A program made the position numbers and the translations under genes. From positions 19,530,001 through 19,594,000 of the forward strand of contig NC_092674.1 in assembly GCF_964355755.1 (NCBI RefSeq): DNA of 64,000 nucleotides, given 5' to 3'. This stretch comes from Antedon mediterranea (taxonomy: Eukaryota > Animalia > Echinodermata). The notes beneath the pieces were generated by a model, which was given only the letters and a program-made list of their open reading frames with translations, was not told the origin of the DNA and ran no database searches. Positions 27,982 to 41,077 of the stretch are shown one piece after another (position 1 is the stretch's first letter; every line of letters starts with the position of its first letter).

Positions 27982-28135
27982 GCCTAACTGTTTGATTTTA
28001 AGAGACATTACAACAATGCACAAAAGCAACATTTTAAAATAAAATCAAATCCATAAACTCTTTCTGTAAGAAACATCTGAATTCCAAGTAGGAGTAATAT
28101 TGAATATTGTCTAGGGTTACAGTAGACAATCAAAG

Positions 28136-28165
28136 CATGGAGCTATAAAATTTTATAGCTCCATG
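28136..28165. mobile_element. 30-bp perfect palindrome with 7-bp TSD (putative transposon footprint)
   Basis: ATCAAAG|CATGGAGCTATAAAATTTTATAGCTCCATG|ATCAAAG; same CATGGAG termini as the element at 27964. Confidence 0.75.
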
Positions 28166-28507
28166 ATCAAAGTCTACAAATACAAGTTTATAAATCATAA
28201 TGTGAAACTTAACCATGATATGTACAATGTTTAACAAATAAATAAAATGATGAAATGGGATCTCAGGAAGCCAGATGGGGTTTGTATGTGAAAGATTACT
28301 TTAACAAATAATTAAAATTGTTTTTTTTTTTTTTCAAGTTGTACATAAAGACAATGAAGGAGAAACCCTCTACTAATTTATTATTCAATAAACGAAAAAA
28401 AAAAGTGTATAGAGTAAAATTTACTTTATACAATACAATACTCAAGAACTACACTGATATAATGCGATTACAACTACACTACAATGTACAGTGTATATCG
28501 AATATAG

Positions 28508-29554
28508 AGTCTATACGTCTAGAGAAGAAAAAAAGGTAATAAAAATAAGAAGAAAAGGAAAAAAAACATTATCTATTATGATTGATTTTTAAAATTAATT
28601 ATACAATCTCAGATTGATATTGTTAAAAAGTGTGAACAAGTTCATAGGCAATTTTAGTCTGAATCAAATTAACTTTGCCCAATATGTTGTTGTATTTTAC
28701 TTGATAAGTATCTTTGCCAACGATAGATACCATAAATTGATGAATAATACAAATAAAACTACTGCTATATGCGATTTCTGCAACCAGAATGATATTCCAG
28801 TTTAGGCTACTGGCAGCTATGTTGGATTTTGGCCACTATCTTAACAACGAATGACCCATTTCATTGAACATGTCTAAAATATGTTTCAATGACCATGAAT
28901 ACTTATGTTTTGATATTTTATTTGCCTATAATTATGTGACTTCTGCAACAAATTAAATGTGATTTTAAATTTATTGGCGGCCATTTTGGATTTTGGCCGC
29001 CATCTTGAAAAATATATTTAGACCAGAGTGGCTAGGCAAAAATCAATTGGTAGGTCCCAACGAAGCTCCTTGCCAAATTTGGCGCTTTTGTCCACCATGT
29101 AACGATTTCCTCAAAATGTGTTGTTAAGCCACCTGACTACTGTGTGTGTTACAGGTGGCTGTGTGTTTTATATTAATGCACAGTAATAATTTGTAAAATA
29201 TATATAGGCATATATACTGGTGTGTATAATACCACATACTGTACAATTGTAAAGCGGATAGATACAAATGGCAAATTATACAGTCTATACGTACGTCTAG
29301 AGAAAAAATGAAAAAAAGGAAATAAAAATAATAAGAAAAAAAAAATTATCTATTATATGATTGATTTTTAAAATTAATTATACAATCTCAGATTAATATT
29401 GTTAAAAAGTGTGAACAAGTTCCTAGGCAATTTCAGTCTGAATCAAATGAACTGATGCCCAATATGTTATTGTATTACTTGATAAGTATCTTTGCCAACG
29501 ATAGATACAATAAATTGATGAGTAATACAAATAAAACCACTGATATATGCGATT
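28508..29554. repeat. Direct duplication of ~270 bp (28508-28775 and 29282-29554)
   Basis: Shared AGTCTATACG..CTAGAGAA..AAATTAATTATACAATCTCAGATT..GTGTGAACAAGTTC..TATCTTTGCCAACGATAGATAC..TATATGCGATT. Confidence 0.85.
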
Positions 29555-30150
29555 ACAACACAATTATTGTATATAGTTTGGACTCGTCATAAAGTTCTTA
29601 TCCGCATCGGGCCCGGCTTTGGATAAAACATTACATCAACATGCATCACATGATAACAATCATGTTTGTATAGGGGCCGTCGTAAAGCTAATTTACTGTC
29701 GTTGGAAATCAAGTCTTGAAAAAACCCCACCATTGCCTGGCACTTTTAAACTTACCATAATAGCTTGTAACACAACGTTCTAAAAGTATATAGGCCTAGA
29801 TGATCAACATGAATCAAGTCTGCTGAAATAGAACAATCCTTGTTGGCATCACTATTCAACTATATCAGCTACTACTCTATGCTACTATCAACTAGAAGTT
29901 AGTGTCACCTACATTTTTCAGCTCGTCATTTGTTTCATAGTTCATCATTACAATGAACCTTACGCACTATCTAGCCTAGAATAGGTAAGTATGATATTAA
30001 AATGTTAACATTTACATAATCAAATGTCTTTTTCCGTTGAGGATTAATGTGATCACGATCTCTCAATTATATCATGTTTTATTTCCGCTTTTAATACTAA
30101 TTGTACATCTGATGATGATGGAGAATGAGAGTACCATTTATGTTTTATGA

Positions 30151-30282
30151 TACAACCATGCACTTACATGACTACAACCATGCACTTACATGACTACAAC
30201 CATGCACTTACATGACTACAACCATGCACTTACATGACTACAACCATGCACTTACATGACTACAACCATGCACTTACATGAC
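30151..30282. repeat. 22-bp tandem repeat, 6 copies
   Basis: TACAACCATGCACTTACATGAC x6. Confidence 0.95.
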
Positions 30283-31054
30283 TTTTTCCATTCCGTTTGA
30301 CATCACAAGATCAGTGAAGATCAACAGTCGTGCTGTTACAATTTAAAATGTAGTTGAATTTTATTAAATGTATGCGCTAATAACATAAACTATGCCCATT
30401 GAGATATATTATCGATATAAAATTAGAAAATGTTCTCATATAATTCAAGTGATAATAGGTCTACCTTAACTAACCCACATTGCATAAAATAATATTAGGC
30501 CTACTCGTTAACTGGAATAAATACGCTTCGTAATTAAATACAATGTCACTTTACCAATGGGTTATCATTAATTTAAGTGTGAAAACAATTTCATTTGTTT
30601 AGTAATAAGGTAGAATTCATAATTATAAACCACCAGTGAAAAAAAAACTTATTAAAGATCTTTTTGTCTAGCTAACAGGTAGGCATCGTCAGTATGTTGC
30701 TAATATAACAGCTGCAAATGATTCCGACCGTCATCTTAACAACATAACTATCTTCCAAAGCTACTCCATAGTAGGCCTAGTTAAATACAATTATCATGAC
30801 GAAGTAAGCTGTTAGCTAGAAAAAACAAAACACTTTTTTATAATTTATTAACTCTACCTTATTTCCCTAATTTTTAAATCCCTAAGCCTTCCTATCAAAT
30901 TACATTTACTGCGTAGCTCTTTTATTCTTCCATATAATGGAGTGTCTAGTAATGGAACAGATATATATACTACAATCTTTCTTTATGGATGTGGTTAAAC
31001 CTGTTAATCATTCACTTTGATTTTGCAGAAAATTCAAAAACATACTTTAGAAAA

Positions 31055-34000
31055 ATGGCAGACATTGAAAACAAGTTTAACGATTTGAAATTTAAACTCG
31101 GTGAGCATTATGTTTGTGCTAACTACAGAATCCTGAAATTTTGTTTATTTGAACATCTATGCATATCTGATCTTACCGATAAAAATTCTGTCGGACTAAC
31201 TTTATTCAATAAACTTGACAGCACTAGTGGCTCTGGGCGTATTGCATCTAAAGATGTGAACCTTCTTTTAGAAATTACAAAACTAACAGGGCCGAAAGAA
31301 GCCGAGAACCTCGTAATTGAAAATAGCATATCTCCATATCGAAAGGAACTGTTCGGGGCTGTGAAACAAGCGGAACCAAATGCGTTAAAGGCTATCACTA
31401 TTTCGTATAAACTAGAAGAATTTGAATGTACAAACATTTGGGATGCTATATTTCTACTGGAGAAAAGCGAGAAGTTAACACCAGACACAATAAAGACATT
31501 AGTGAAAAGGCTAGCCACACCAACAGAAAGGAATGCAAGTATGTATAGTATTGTTTTCTTGTAACATTTATTATTTTATATTTGTAATAAAACTTCCTTG
31601 GAAACGAAATGAAGGAAATCAAAAGAAAAGATTATGGTTCAGATTAGGAATTGTATGGCCCTTATTTAATGCTACTTTCTTATTCCGATATTTGAATGAG
31701 AGATAATAATCTGATCTACGGATTTACCACAATCAATATGTGTGCACATTTGTTGTTGTCAATCAATTCCATCTGTTTAAATGTAATTTGTAATTTATAG
31801 AACAATCTTTTATTTTTATTTATTTATTAAATTTTTTCACTGCATACAAAAACACAAAACAGAAAAAAAGCTTATTTCATAAGCACCTTAGATATTTTTA
31901 TTCAACATGTTTTGAAATGTGTGACTCTAGCTATAATTTTAACTTGATCGTGTCAATGGTTGCCGTACAATACGAACAAGAAATAATTTTGTTGAATATT
32001 TTCTCTCATTCCTAACTGATTGGCTTTAAAATGAAAGCTATTTCAATTATACTTCTGAATAGGAATACAATTTACGATGTAGGCCTATATATTTTGTAAG
32101 AAAATAATTAGTTTTAGGGTGTTATATTAAGGCAATTCAATTGGTTATATTAACAAAAATAATTATTCCAAGCAAAAGAAAAACAATTGACCCTGAATTG
32201 ACACTAAAAGACATTAATTTCATCACTTACTATCACTCGTTTACTGTTGTTCTTTTAGAAATAGGAAAGTAGTTGCTTGAAAGACAACGAGCAATGTTCC
32301 AGGATGACAAGACATTTACACCGTCAATAATGGATACACAGCATCATGTTTCAACATTCAAGAAATCTTCACTGACCTGAACGTACTTGAAGAAAATATA
32401 AAAACAAAAGAGAGCAAGCCAACAACATTACTAGTATTGTTAGATATTATGCAGTCGCCACGTCCACGTAGAGTGCTTATAACTGGTGGCTGGTAAAACG
32501 ACGTTATTAAAGTACTTAGCATACAGTACAACCATTGAAAATCCAAGTGCATCTGAAGTTAAAATTGTATTTGTCTTGTATTTAAGAGATTTAGAAAAAG
32601 ATAAAGGTATCTTTGATCTGATTGAAAAACAATTGGGTATAGAAGAATTAAGTGATGTGACAGATCTCATAGAAGATCCCATGAAATTGGTTAGGAAGTT
32701 CATAAGAGAGCATGATGGTCAAATTGTTTTTTTAATAGATAGATTAGATGAATTAAGCTTAAAAAATCGGTGCTTGTGTGATCTGTTTGGAAAGAAAACC
32801 TTAAGGAAAAGTGTTGTGCTACTTACATCGCGATCAGAAAACATAGATGGTTTCAAAATAAGGTGTGATGTACATGTGAGAGTCGATGGATTTAATCAAG
32901 AGAGTATTGGGAATTATATTGACCATTACTTTCAGTATTTTGATAATCCTGGATTAGGAAAATCCCTTAGGTTGGAATTGGAGGTTGATAAGAAAGTTTT
33001 ATAAGAAACAAAATGAAGAAAAAACGATTGATAAGTTTGAAAACGTTCCCATGACGTATATAAATGCTATGATTTTGTTTAGGGAAATATATGTTTAATT
33101 CCCTGAAATGTAATGAGCTTGCAATATATAAAGACGAAATGAAAGCAGAGCTAGAGTATCAAATCGCACTAAATGTTGGTTTTGTTTCTAAAAAACCTTC
33201 AACTTTAAGATCTAACACTGAGGGGGAGATGTACATACCACGACACAGGTTGATAGGAGAATCATTGGTCGGATTTTACTTATACAAGATGTGTGAAGGT
33301 GTCACCACTGAATGTCCTGCATACGTGAGACAATTACTTGAACAATTGAAGGAAAATGAGTGGAAGGACGTAAGAGAAATTGAGAATTTTGAGATGCCAA
33401 ATAGTTTTGCAGTTGGTTATCTTGGTGTTGATGCTGGTAAAATCTTAAAACATTTGATTACAGATAAGTTATCAACATGCCGCTCTTTAGGTATTTACCT
33501 GAACTGCGTTAAACATCAATATCTGCCTCAAATGAATATGACCCTAAACATGATAAGCGAGGAATTAAACCAACACACTGCTGTACCTGACTCACTAAGA
33601 AAGGTTATTTCCTACTTTAATCCAAATGTTCCTTTGAGTGATGATTTTGCAAGTCTTATAAGGCAATTTTATAGCATGAATCTGAATAGGCTTGATTTGA
33701 GCAATTTTTGTAATACATTATCATCTGATTGTAAAGGAAACGTTCTTGCACACATTGCATACCTTTCTAGCGACTTGATGTAAGTAATTGCAGTATATCA
33801 GGAGTGGAACTGAAGGAAATGATTAGAGAGTGTGGTGAAAGAGGTGGTGATCTAGGATTATACAGTTTCAAAATCAGTGATAATGAACTTATCAACCTTG
33901 ATGGTACTTTACTATGTAATATGTTTAATATCAGTCCTCAATTGCAAATGTTTGAAATGTGTAATTGCAAACTGTCAGGCAACGTGATGAATGATATGGT

Positions 34001-35964
34001 GACAGAATTGATGACCATGTATGATACGAGTTGTATTACTAACATATTGGAATTAAGACTTCTCAATATCAATGGCAATGATTTTAGCAACATTGATGGT
34101 ACTCTACCGTACTGAGTGCGTTCATGAGTAAGTCGCCTAAGCTGCTTAAACTTTATATGCGTAATTGCAAACTTTCGGGTGACGTTATAAATACCATGAT
34201 GAGAGATTATGCAGAGAATGGGTTAAAATTACAAGCGCTTGTAATTGATAATAATGATATTAGTCAGATCAATGGTACTCTACTTGGAAAGTTTTTAAGT
34301 AAGTCTCCTAAGCTTCTTGCACTTTCCATGTCCGATTGTAAACTATCAGGTGACGTACTGAATGATATGATGAGAGTATTTGCAGAAAATGAATTACAAT
34401 TACAAGAGTTCTATATTGGCAATAATGACATAAGTGGCATTGATGGTAATTTACTGGTTTTTTTTTTAGTAAGTCTCAAAAGCTGCTTACACTGTCTATG
34501 CATGACTGTAAACTCTTAAGTGATGCAATTGAAAACATGATAATCAAGGTATGTGCAGGAGGTAAGTTTGAATTACAAGAGCTTGATATTGGAAGTAATG
34601 ATATCAGTGAAATCAATGGTATTCAACTTGGTACTTTCTTGAGTAAGTCTCCTAAGCTGGGTAAACTTTATATGAATGATTGTAAACTTTCAAGCGACGT
34701 AATGAATGAAGTTATGAGAAAGCATGCAGCAGAAAATTTAGAATTACAAGAGCTTGACATTGGGAATAATGCAATCAGTGAAATTGATGGTAATTTACTA
34801 GGTGCTTTCCTCAGTAAGTCGCACAAGTTGCTTGAATTTGACATGCATAATTGTAAATTATACATAATGAATGAGACTATCAGAGCGTATGCAGGAAATG
34901 AGTTACAATTACAAGAGCTTAACATTGCCAATAATGATATGAGTAAAATCGATGGTACTTTACTTGGTTCTTTTCTGAATAAGTCACCGAAATTGTTTAA
35001 ATTGTCCATAAATTACTGTAATCTATCAGGTACTGTTATGAATAACATGATGACAGAATATGCAGGACGTAAGTTACAAGTACTTTATCTTGCAAATAAT
35101 GACATCAGTAATGTTGATGGTAATCTACTGAGTACGTTTTTGAGTAAATCTTCTAAACTGCTTAAACTGTATATGCCTAATTGTAAACTACCAGGTAACG
35201 TGATGAAATAAATGATTAGTGTGTTTGCAGGAAGTGAATTAGAATTGCAAGTGCTTTCAATTGGGTATAATGCCATCAGTGGCATTGATGGTACTTTACT
35301 GTGTGCTTTTCTGAATAATTCCCCTAAGCTGCTTAAACTATATATGCCGGATTGTAAACTAACAGGTAACGTAATAAATAAAATGATTCATGAGTATGCA
35401 GGGAATGAGCTAGAATTGCAAGAGCTTAATATTGCCAATAATGATATCAGTGGCATTGATGGTACTTTACTGGGAAGATTCTTGAGTAAGTGTCCTAAGC
35501 TGCTTGAACTGTACATGCCCACCTGTAGACTATCAGGTGACATAATGAATAAAATGATCAGTGTGTATGCAGTGAATGAGTTGGATTTACAAGTGTTTGT
35601 AATTGACAATAATTATATCAGTAAAACTGATGGTTCTCTGTTGGGTAAGTTTTTGAGTAAATCTCCTAAGCTGATTAAACTTTCCATGAATGATTGCAAT
35701 TTATCAGGTAACATAATGAATGAAATGATCCGAGTAGTATGCAAAAAATAAGATGCATTAGTTTTACAAGAACTTTATTTTGGCAATAATGACATCAGTG
35801 ACATTGATGGCTGCCTACTAGGTAGGTTTTTGAGTAAGTCACCAGAGCTGCTTACACTTTCTGTGATTAATTGTAAACTATCAGCTGATATTATGAATGA
35901 TATGATGAGAACGTATTCTGGAGATGAGTTAGAAAGAAGAAGAGTTCCACATTGTCAACAATGA
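31055..35964 (+). pseudogene. NLR pseudogene, 5' part: death-fold (DED-like) exon, NACHT, RI-like LRRs
   Basis: Exon from ATG 31055 to donor GT 31539 is helical and DED-like. After the acceptor at ~32258: frameshifted Walker A (RVLITGG/GKTTL), Walker B IVFLIDRLDEL, VLLTSR, DGF. ~57-aa LRR units (LQELxIxNNDISxIDGTLLGxFLSKSPKLxxLxMxxCKL). Many stops and frameshifts (32270, 33004, 33783, 34115, 35211, 35751). Confidence 0.88.
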
Positions 35965-38889
35965 TTTCAGTTTCAGTTTTTATTTTCCAATATAAACAAG
36001 TGTAATAAATATATGCAAAAAATGGAAGGATGACCAAAAAAGAGCAAAGTATTTGGTCACCTTAACAAAATAATTAATACATGATACAAACATAATTGAA
36101 GCACAGGACGAGACAATACTAGCTAAACATGTTGGCATATGAACTCAAAGATAGTGCGATAAAACCAAAAAAAGCAAAAGAACAATGTAAATGTAAACAT
36201 ATTTGTAACACTCATTGATAAGTTAAGAGCAAATTATTTTTATACAACTTTTTAAATACTTTGACAGATGATGAATTACGAATAGAAGCATCAATACTGT
36301 TCCATAAAATTGGACCATGTCCTCTGATAGTGTTTCTACCCATATCGGTAACAAAATTATAAGGACGATAAGTATCAAAGGACCTGATGCCATAATTATG
36401 AGCTGAGTTTACTCTAACAAAATAATTAAAAAAGTTAGCTGGTAATAAATTATTCTTAAATTTGTACATGAAAACACCTTTTGATAACTTATGAATTTCA
36501 TACACAGTTAAGTTGTTAAGACTAGCAATAATGGTGGTGAATGCTCAAGGAATTGAGAATTTGTGCATAAACGCATTATGCGCTTTTGTTTGCGATAAAC
36601 AGTTTCAAGGCGACAGTTATTGTGGTCAGCCTAAATCAAGCTGCAGTTTTGAATTTGAGGAAGAACTAGAGTCTTGTATAAGGATGTTAGAACATTGACA
36701 TGTAAAATTGGTTTTAGCCTAAAAAGAATACCAGAATATCTTGAAATTAAGTTTGCAATATGGATTGTATGTTGATTCCAGGTTAAGCATTCGTCCATTA
36801 TTACACCAAGAAATTTACAACTAGATACACGAGAGATGTCATTGTAAACACGGTTACTATATCTGTTCTTTAAAATCATATAATTAGTTTTATTAGCATT
36901 AAGCGATAACTTATTTGCTTTAAACCAACTCGAGATAGTCGAGAGATCGGAATTAACATTATCAACTAGACGGTTTAAAACATTATCTGAAATTAAAAGG
37001 TTAGTGTCATCAGCATATAAAATAAGATTGGAGTGTTTACAGATGTTTGCTAAATCGTTAATGTAAATAATAAAGAGTAGCGGGCCTAAAATTGAGCCCT
37101 GTGGAACACCACAACAAATGTTTAAAGAAGAAGAACTATGATAATTAAAGAGATATATTGCTTTCTATCCGCCAGGTAACTTCTGAACCAATCAAAGGCA
37201 ACACCACGTATACCATAATGCTGTAGTTTAGACAGGAGAATGTCGTGATTAACGGTGTCAAAGGCCTTTGAAAGGTCCAGAAATATCCCAAGAACATGCT
37301 TTTTCTTATCTAATTCAGAGATTATTTTACCATATGCTTGTAGAACAGCCATTTCAGTAGACATGTTTGGGCGGAAACCAAATTGGTTTTCTTGCAATAA
37401 ATTAAATCGAGAAAAATAATTATAGAGTCTTTTATGAATTATGCGTTCTAAAACTTAGGAGAAAACGGGCAGTACCGAGATGGGCCTATAATTGCTAAAT
37501 TTATCAGTCTCACCATGTTTAAAGACGGGAATTATCTTGGCAATTTTCAGCTTCTCCGGGACAATACCGGTAGCTAGTGATAAATTAAAAATATGAACAA
37601 GTGGAGATGCTATTAATTACCCAACAGATTTAATAATACCTGTATCTGGTTTAATGTCATCGAAACCGCTGCTAGCACCAGATTTCAGATTTCTGAATAT
37701 AGTGAGTACTTCATCTTTATCAGTTGGTTAAAAAAACAGAGAGCTAACGGGTGATTTTATGTTATTTATAAAATAATTAAAAGTAATATCAGATTGAGGA
37801 ATTTTACGCAGGTATTCAGGACCAATGTTGACAAAGTATTTATTAAAGTTATCAGCAATAATTTGAGAATCAGATATATGTATATCATTTATTTAAAAAA
37901 ATGATGATATGTGTTTATTGTTTTGTCTACCCATAATGTTATTGAGAACATTCTAAGTCTGTTTTGAATTAAATTTTGTTTCCTCAAGCTTTTCAGCATA
38001 ATACTGCTGTTTAGAAATCCTGATTAAAGAAGTAAGTTTATTACGATAATTAACATAAGACGTTTTGTTGGATTCAGTAGGGTTACTTGCATACTTTTTG
38101 TATAATTTATCTTTTCGAGTTATTGATTTTAGGATCGCCGAAGTAATCCAAGGCTTTTGAGGAATACAACGACGCCGGGAATTGTTGTTGGAATGTTTAG
38201 AGATGGGAAAATGTACATTGTAGACCTCTGTGAATTTATGGATGAAAACATTATATGCATGGTCAGCAGAAGAATCAAGATCAGTATTACAACTCCAATC
38301 AACCAAGCTTAAATTTTCATAAAAGTGTTGAATTCTAGTTTAGTTAAATAAACGAGTGGAAATTTTATTCGAAGTATTTGAGTTGCTAATTGGAGTTGAT
38401 TTAGTGATTTGGTAAACAGGATAATGATCAGAAACATCGGCAATAACAACACCCGATTTTATATAATGAGTAAAAACGTTAGTGAAAATGTTATCAATTA
38501 AGGAAGCTGTTAAATGGGTAATTCTGGTGGGTCTATCGATAAGAGGAAACATATTATGGTTATAAAAAATAGAGAGGAACTCATTAACAATGTGATTGTC
38601 ATTAGAATGTAGAAGGTCAAGATTAAAATCACCGGATATATAACATTGTTTTTCTTCAGTATTAATTTTTGTGAGACAGTTTGTAAGATCATAAAAAAAT
38701 GTTTCAATATTGGTTCGATGAGCACGATAGATATTGCCACAACAATGTTTTTCCTACCGGAAACTGTTATTTCGATAAAGATAGATTCAGAATGATCAAA
38801 GTGCTCAGACGGTTTTTCAATTAATTTTAAATCATTCCGGATTCGAAATGAGATTGTATTACGAACATCGATAACAACACCACCACTTC
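35965..38889 (-). mobile_element. Decayed LINE ORF2 (APE-RT, CR1/L2 group), 3' part
   Basis: Minus-strand motifs RPTRI..LIDNIF, SDHYP, PWIT, QFGFR, FLDLSKAFDTV, GVPQGSILGP, YADD, KFLG; broken by stops and frameshifts. 3' end AATAAA followed by an (ACTGAA)2 tail at ~35965-35985. Confidence 0.92.
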
Positions 38890-39277
38890 AGTAGTATATA
38901 AGGGAATACAGACCCGAATGAAAGGTCATACCCCCAGGGCAGGAGTATTCCAGACCCGAATAGAAGGTCATACCCCCAGGGAATATTTCATATTTCTATT
39001 GTTTAATTTCCAGGTATTGTAATAATAATTAGTGAAAAGTCATTCTTTGTACCAGACCGGAAAGGAATATCATATCCCTAGGGTATTATATTTTCTATTG
39101 TTTAATTTCCTGTTATTGTAATATTAATTAGCGAAAGGTCATTCTTTGTTAGAGAAGGGGGTTTGTTATTTTGGCGGGGTTTTCGTTTTGGCCTGGGTTA
39201 AAATATATTAGTGAAGGTAGTTCTTTGTTTGAGGATTGCTATTGTTATTTTTAGGCGGTTTGACCATTGCATAGGTC
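38890..39277 (+). repeat. Left terminal inverted repeat of the Polinton
   Basis: Matches the reverse complement of 53874-54296 except for scattered substitutions and a ~30-bp indel. Contains 3 internal CAGACC.GAA..TCATA.CCC.AGGG sub-repeats. Confidence 0.93.
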
Positions 39278-39453
39278 TCTTTTGTTTAGTATTTCCTAAT
39301 TTCTTTTGTTCATTGTTCTTTTTGTTTGGTACAATAGTTTTGTTTTTTATATTTTAGAGCCGTTTCTCTTTAGACATTGTAAGAAGAGGGACTGCTTTTT
39401 GTGACCTTTCCAGTTGTTTCGTCTATTTTATCGTAGAGTTACAGTATTTCGCT

Positions 39454-40005
39454 ATGTCTGGAAGTATAGATTTTTCGTTAGGTAGCTGTGTAGATACAGT
39501 TATAATTATTAGCGATGATGAGGAGACTGTTGTTACAGGTAACGATATCGGTGATCGGTACATGCGGACCAATGAGGGTGTACCCGCCGGTGTTGATGAA
39601 GGAGATGAGAGGGGTAGCCGGGCTACAAGTTGTATATTTACGTACGTAGATGAGGTGGAGAGAGAATTTTTATTGAAATTGGAATATTTAGCCAGAGAAG
39701 TGTTTGTTTCTCAAATGTTAAACATGTGTTGGATGTTAAGTAAAGCGGCTTGTTATGGTTGCGAATTTGATAGGCCTGGTCAAAAAGATCATGACTTCTG
39801 TTTAATGAAATCTCCAGAAGAACAGATTGATTATTTTTATCGGGAGGTTCTGGATAAAGAGTATGTTACAGACGATACCGTGTACAGCGAGATGAATAAG
39901 TACGAGGAATATTCATTACCACGGTATAGACATTTTGTTTACTTTCTCGTAAATACCTTGAGTAATTCAGAGAACCTGTATAAGTTATTGTGTGAGGATA
40001 TCTAA
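39454..40005 (+). CDS. Polinton accessory protein (183 aa): acidic N-terminus with SIM-like motif and CxxC-H-C putative zinc site
   Basis: Open ATG-initiated ORF just inside the left TIR; VIIISDDEE; CYGCEFDRPGQKDHDFC. Confidence 0.7.
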   Translation: MSGSIDFSLGSCVDTVIIISDDEETVVTGNDIGDRYMRTNEGVPAGVDEGDERGSRATSCIFTYVDEVEREFLLKLEYLAREVFVSQMLNMCWMLSKAACYGCEFDRPGQKDHDFCLMKSPEEQIDYFYREVLDKEYVTDDTVYSEMNKYEEYSLPRYRHFVYFLVNTLSNSENLYKLLCEDI

Positions 40006-40261
40006 AACGTGTTTCGCACGTGCCACGGAAAAACGATTGACCGGAAAACAAACAATTAACAATGCTTTAATCCGCATGCGTTGTAGGGAGACAATTGATA
40101 GGAAAAACAATTAACAACGCTTTAGGCTAATTACTTTTAAAAAGGTACTTCCGTACTCAACTGTATATATATCGGAGCTGATTCAAACGAAATCATTCCG
40201 AACTATCAACCATCATTCGTTTTACTCTCTCTGTACTTCCCTCTACATACAATCGCTCAAC

Positions 40262-41077
40262 ATGAGTTTCAAAAACGTACCTGCTCCAAAATTAGCAATT
40301 GGTGAGAAGGCTCGTAGGACTATGAAAAGAGTTATGGGAAGCTCTAAATCTGACGAGTTAAGCAGTTTTAAAGTACCAATGATGACTTCTAACTCCTCGA
40401 AATTATTGGATCCTAGAAAATTTTTCAACGGTCAATCTAACGATTTGAGTAAAGCAACGAAGCCGTCAACAAGTAAAAAAACATTTCACTCTGCCTCAGG
40501 AATGAGCGCCAAGGATTATGTCGAAATGACCGGTGCTGAACCAAAGATTACAATAACCTCAACAAACAGGATTTTTCTGTCTGAAAAACGCCATGTAGTG
40601 GCCCAGCGCTGGGGTGAAGTTGTTTATGTTTGCCTCAGAGAATTTTATCAAACGGAAGAAAATGGTGCCTTCAAACCTAGGCCTGTAGGTATTAATTTAC
40701 CCGTTCTGTTGTGGCAAAAACTTTTTACCAATATTGATTTAATTCTTCAAGCCCTAGACGATTTGCAAAGAGACATTAACTTGGTGGAGGCAGTAAGAAT
40801 CCCTCTTTCGGACACACCTATATTACATGTGATAGTTAGTAACTGGAAAGAAGAGCAGTTTGTATGTATTCGCCGTTGTTACCAGGCCGAAGAAGGAGGT
40901 GAGTTTAAGCCCGGCAAAAAAGGTATAAACCTTCCAAAGAAACAATGGTACAAGTTGATCGAACAACACGGCGAAATACAAAAGATGATTGAAGAGGTTG
41001 ATAATGCGGTTACCGTCGACGGTGGTGTTGACGAAAACGATAACGGAGGACGCAGGTCTACATCAATGTTGAAATAA
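40262..41077 (+). CDS. Tandem PC4/Sub1-like ssDNA-binding domain protein (271 aa)
   Basis: Two repeats, VYVCLREFY..GAFKPRPVGINLPVLLWQKL and QFVCIRRCY..GEFKPGKKGINLPKKQWYKL, match the PC4 signature IDIREY..GEMKPGRKGISL..EQW..L. Ser/Lys-rich N-terminus; TATA-like tract at ~40164; AATAAA at ~41259. Confidence 0.85.
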   Translation: MSFKNVPAPKLAIGEKARRTMKRVMGSSKSDELSSFKVPMMTSNSSKLLDPRKFFNGQSNDLSKATKPSTSKKTFHSASGMSAKDYVEMTGAEPKITITSTNRIFLSEKRHVVAQRWGEVVYVCLREFYQTEENGAFKPRPVGINLPVLLWQKLFTNIDLILQALDDLQRDINLVEAVRIPLSDTPILHVIVSNWKEEQFVCIRRCYQAEEGGEFKPGKKGINLPKKQWYKLIEQHGEIQKMIEEVDNAVTVDGGVDENDNGGRRSTSMLK

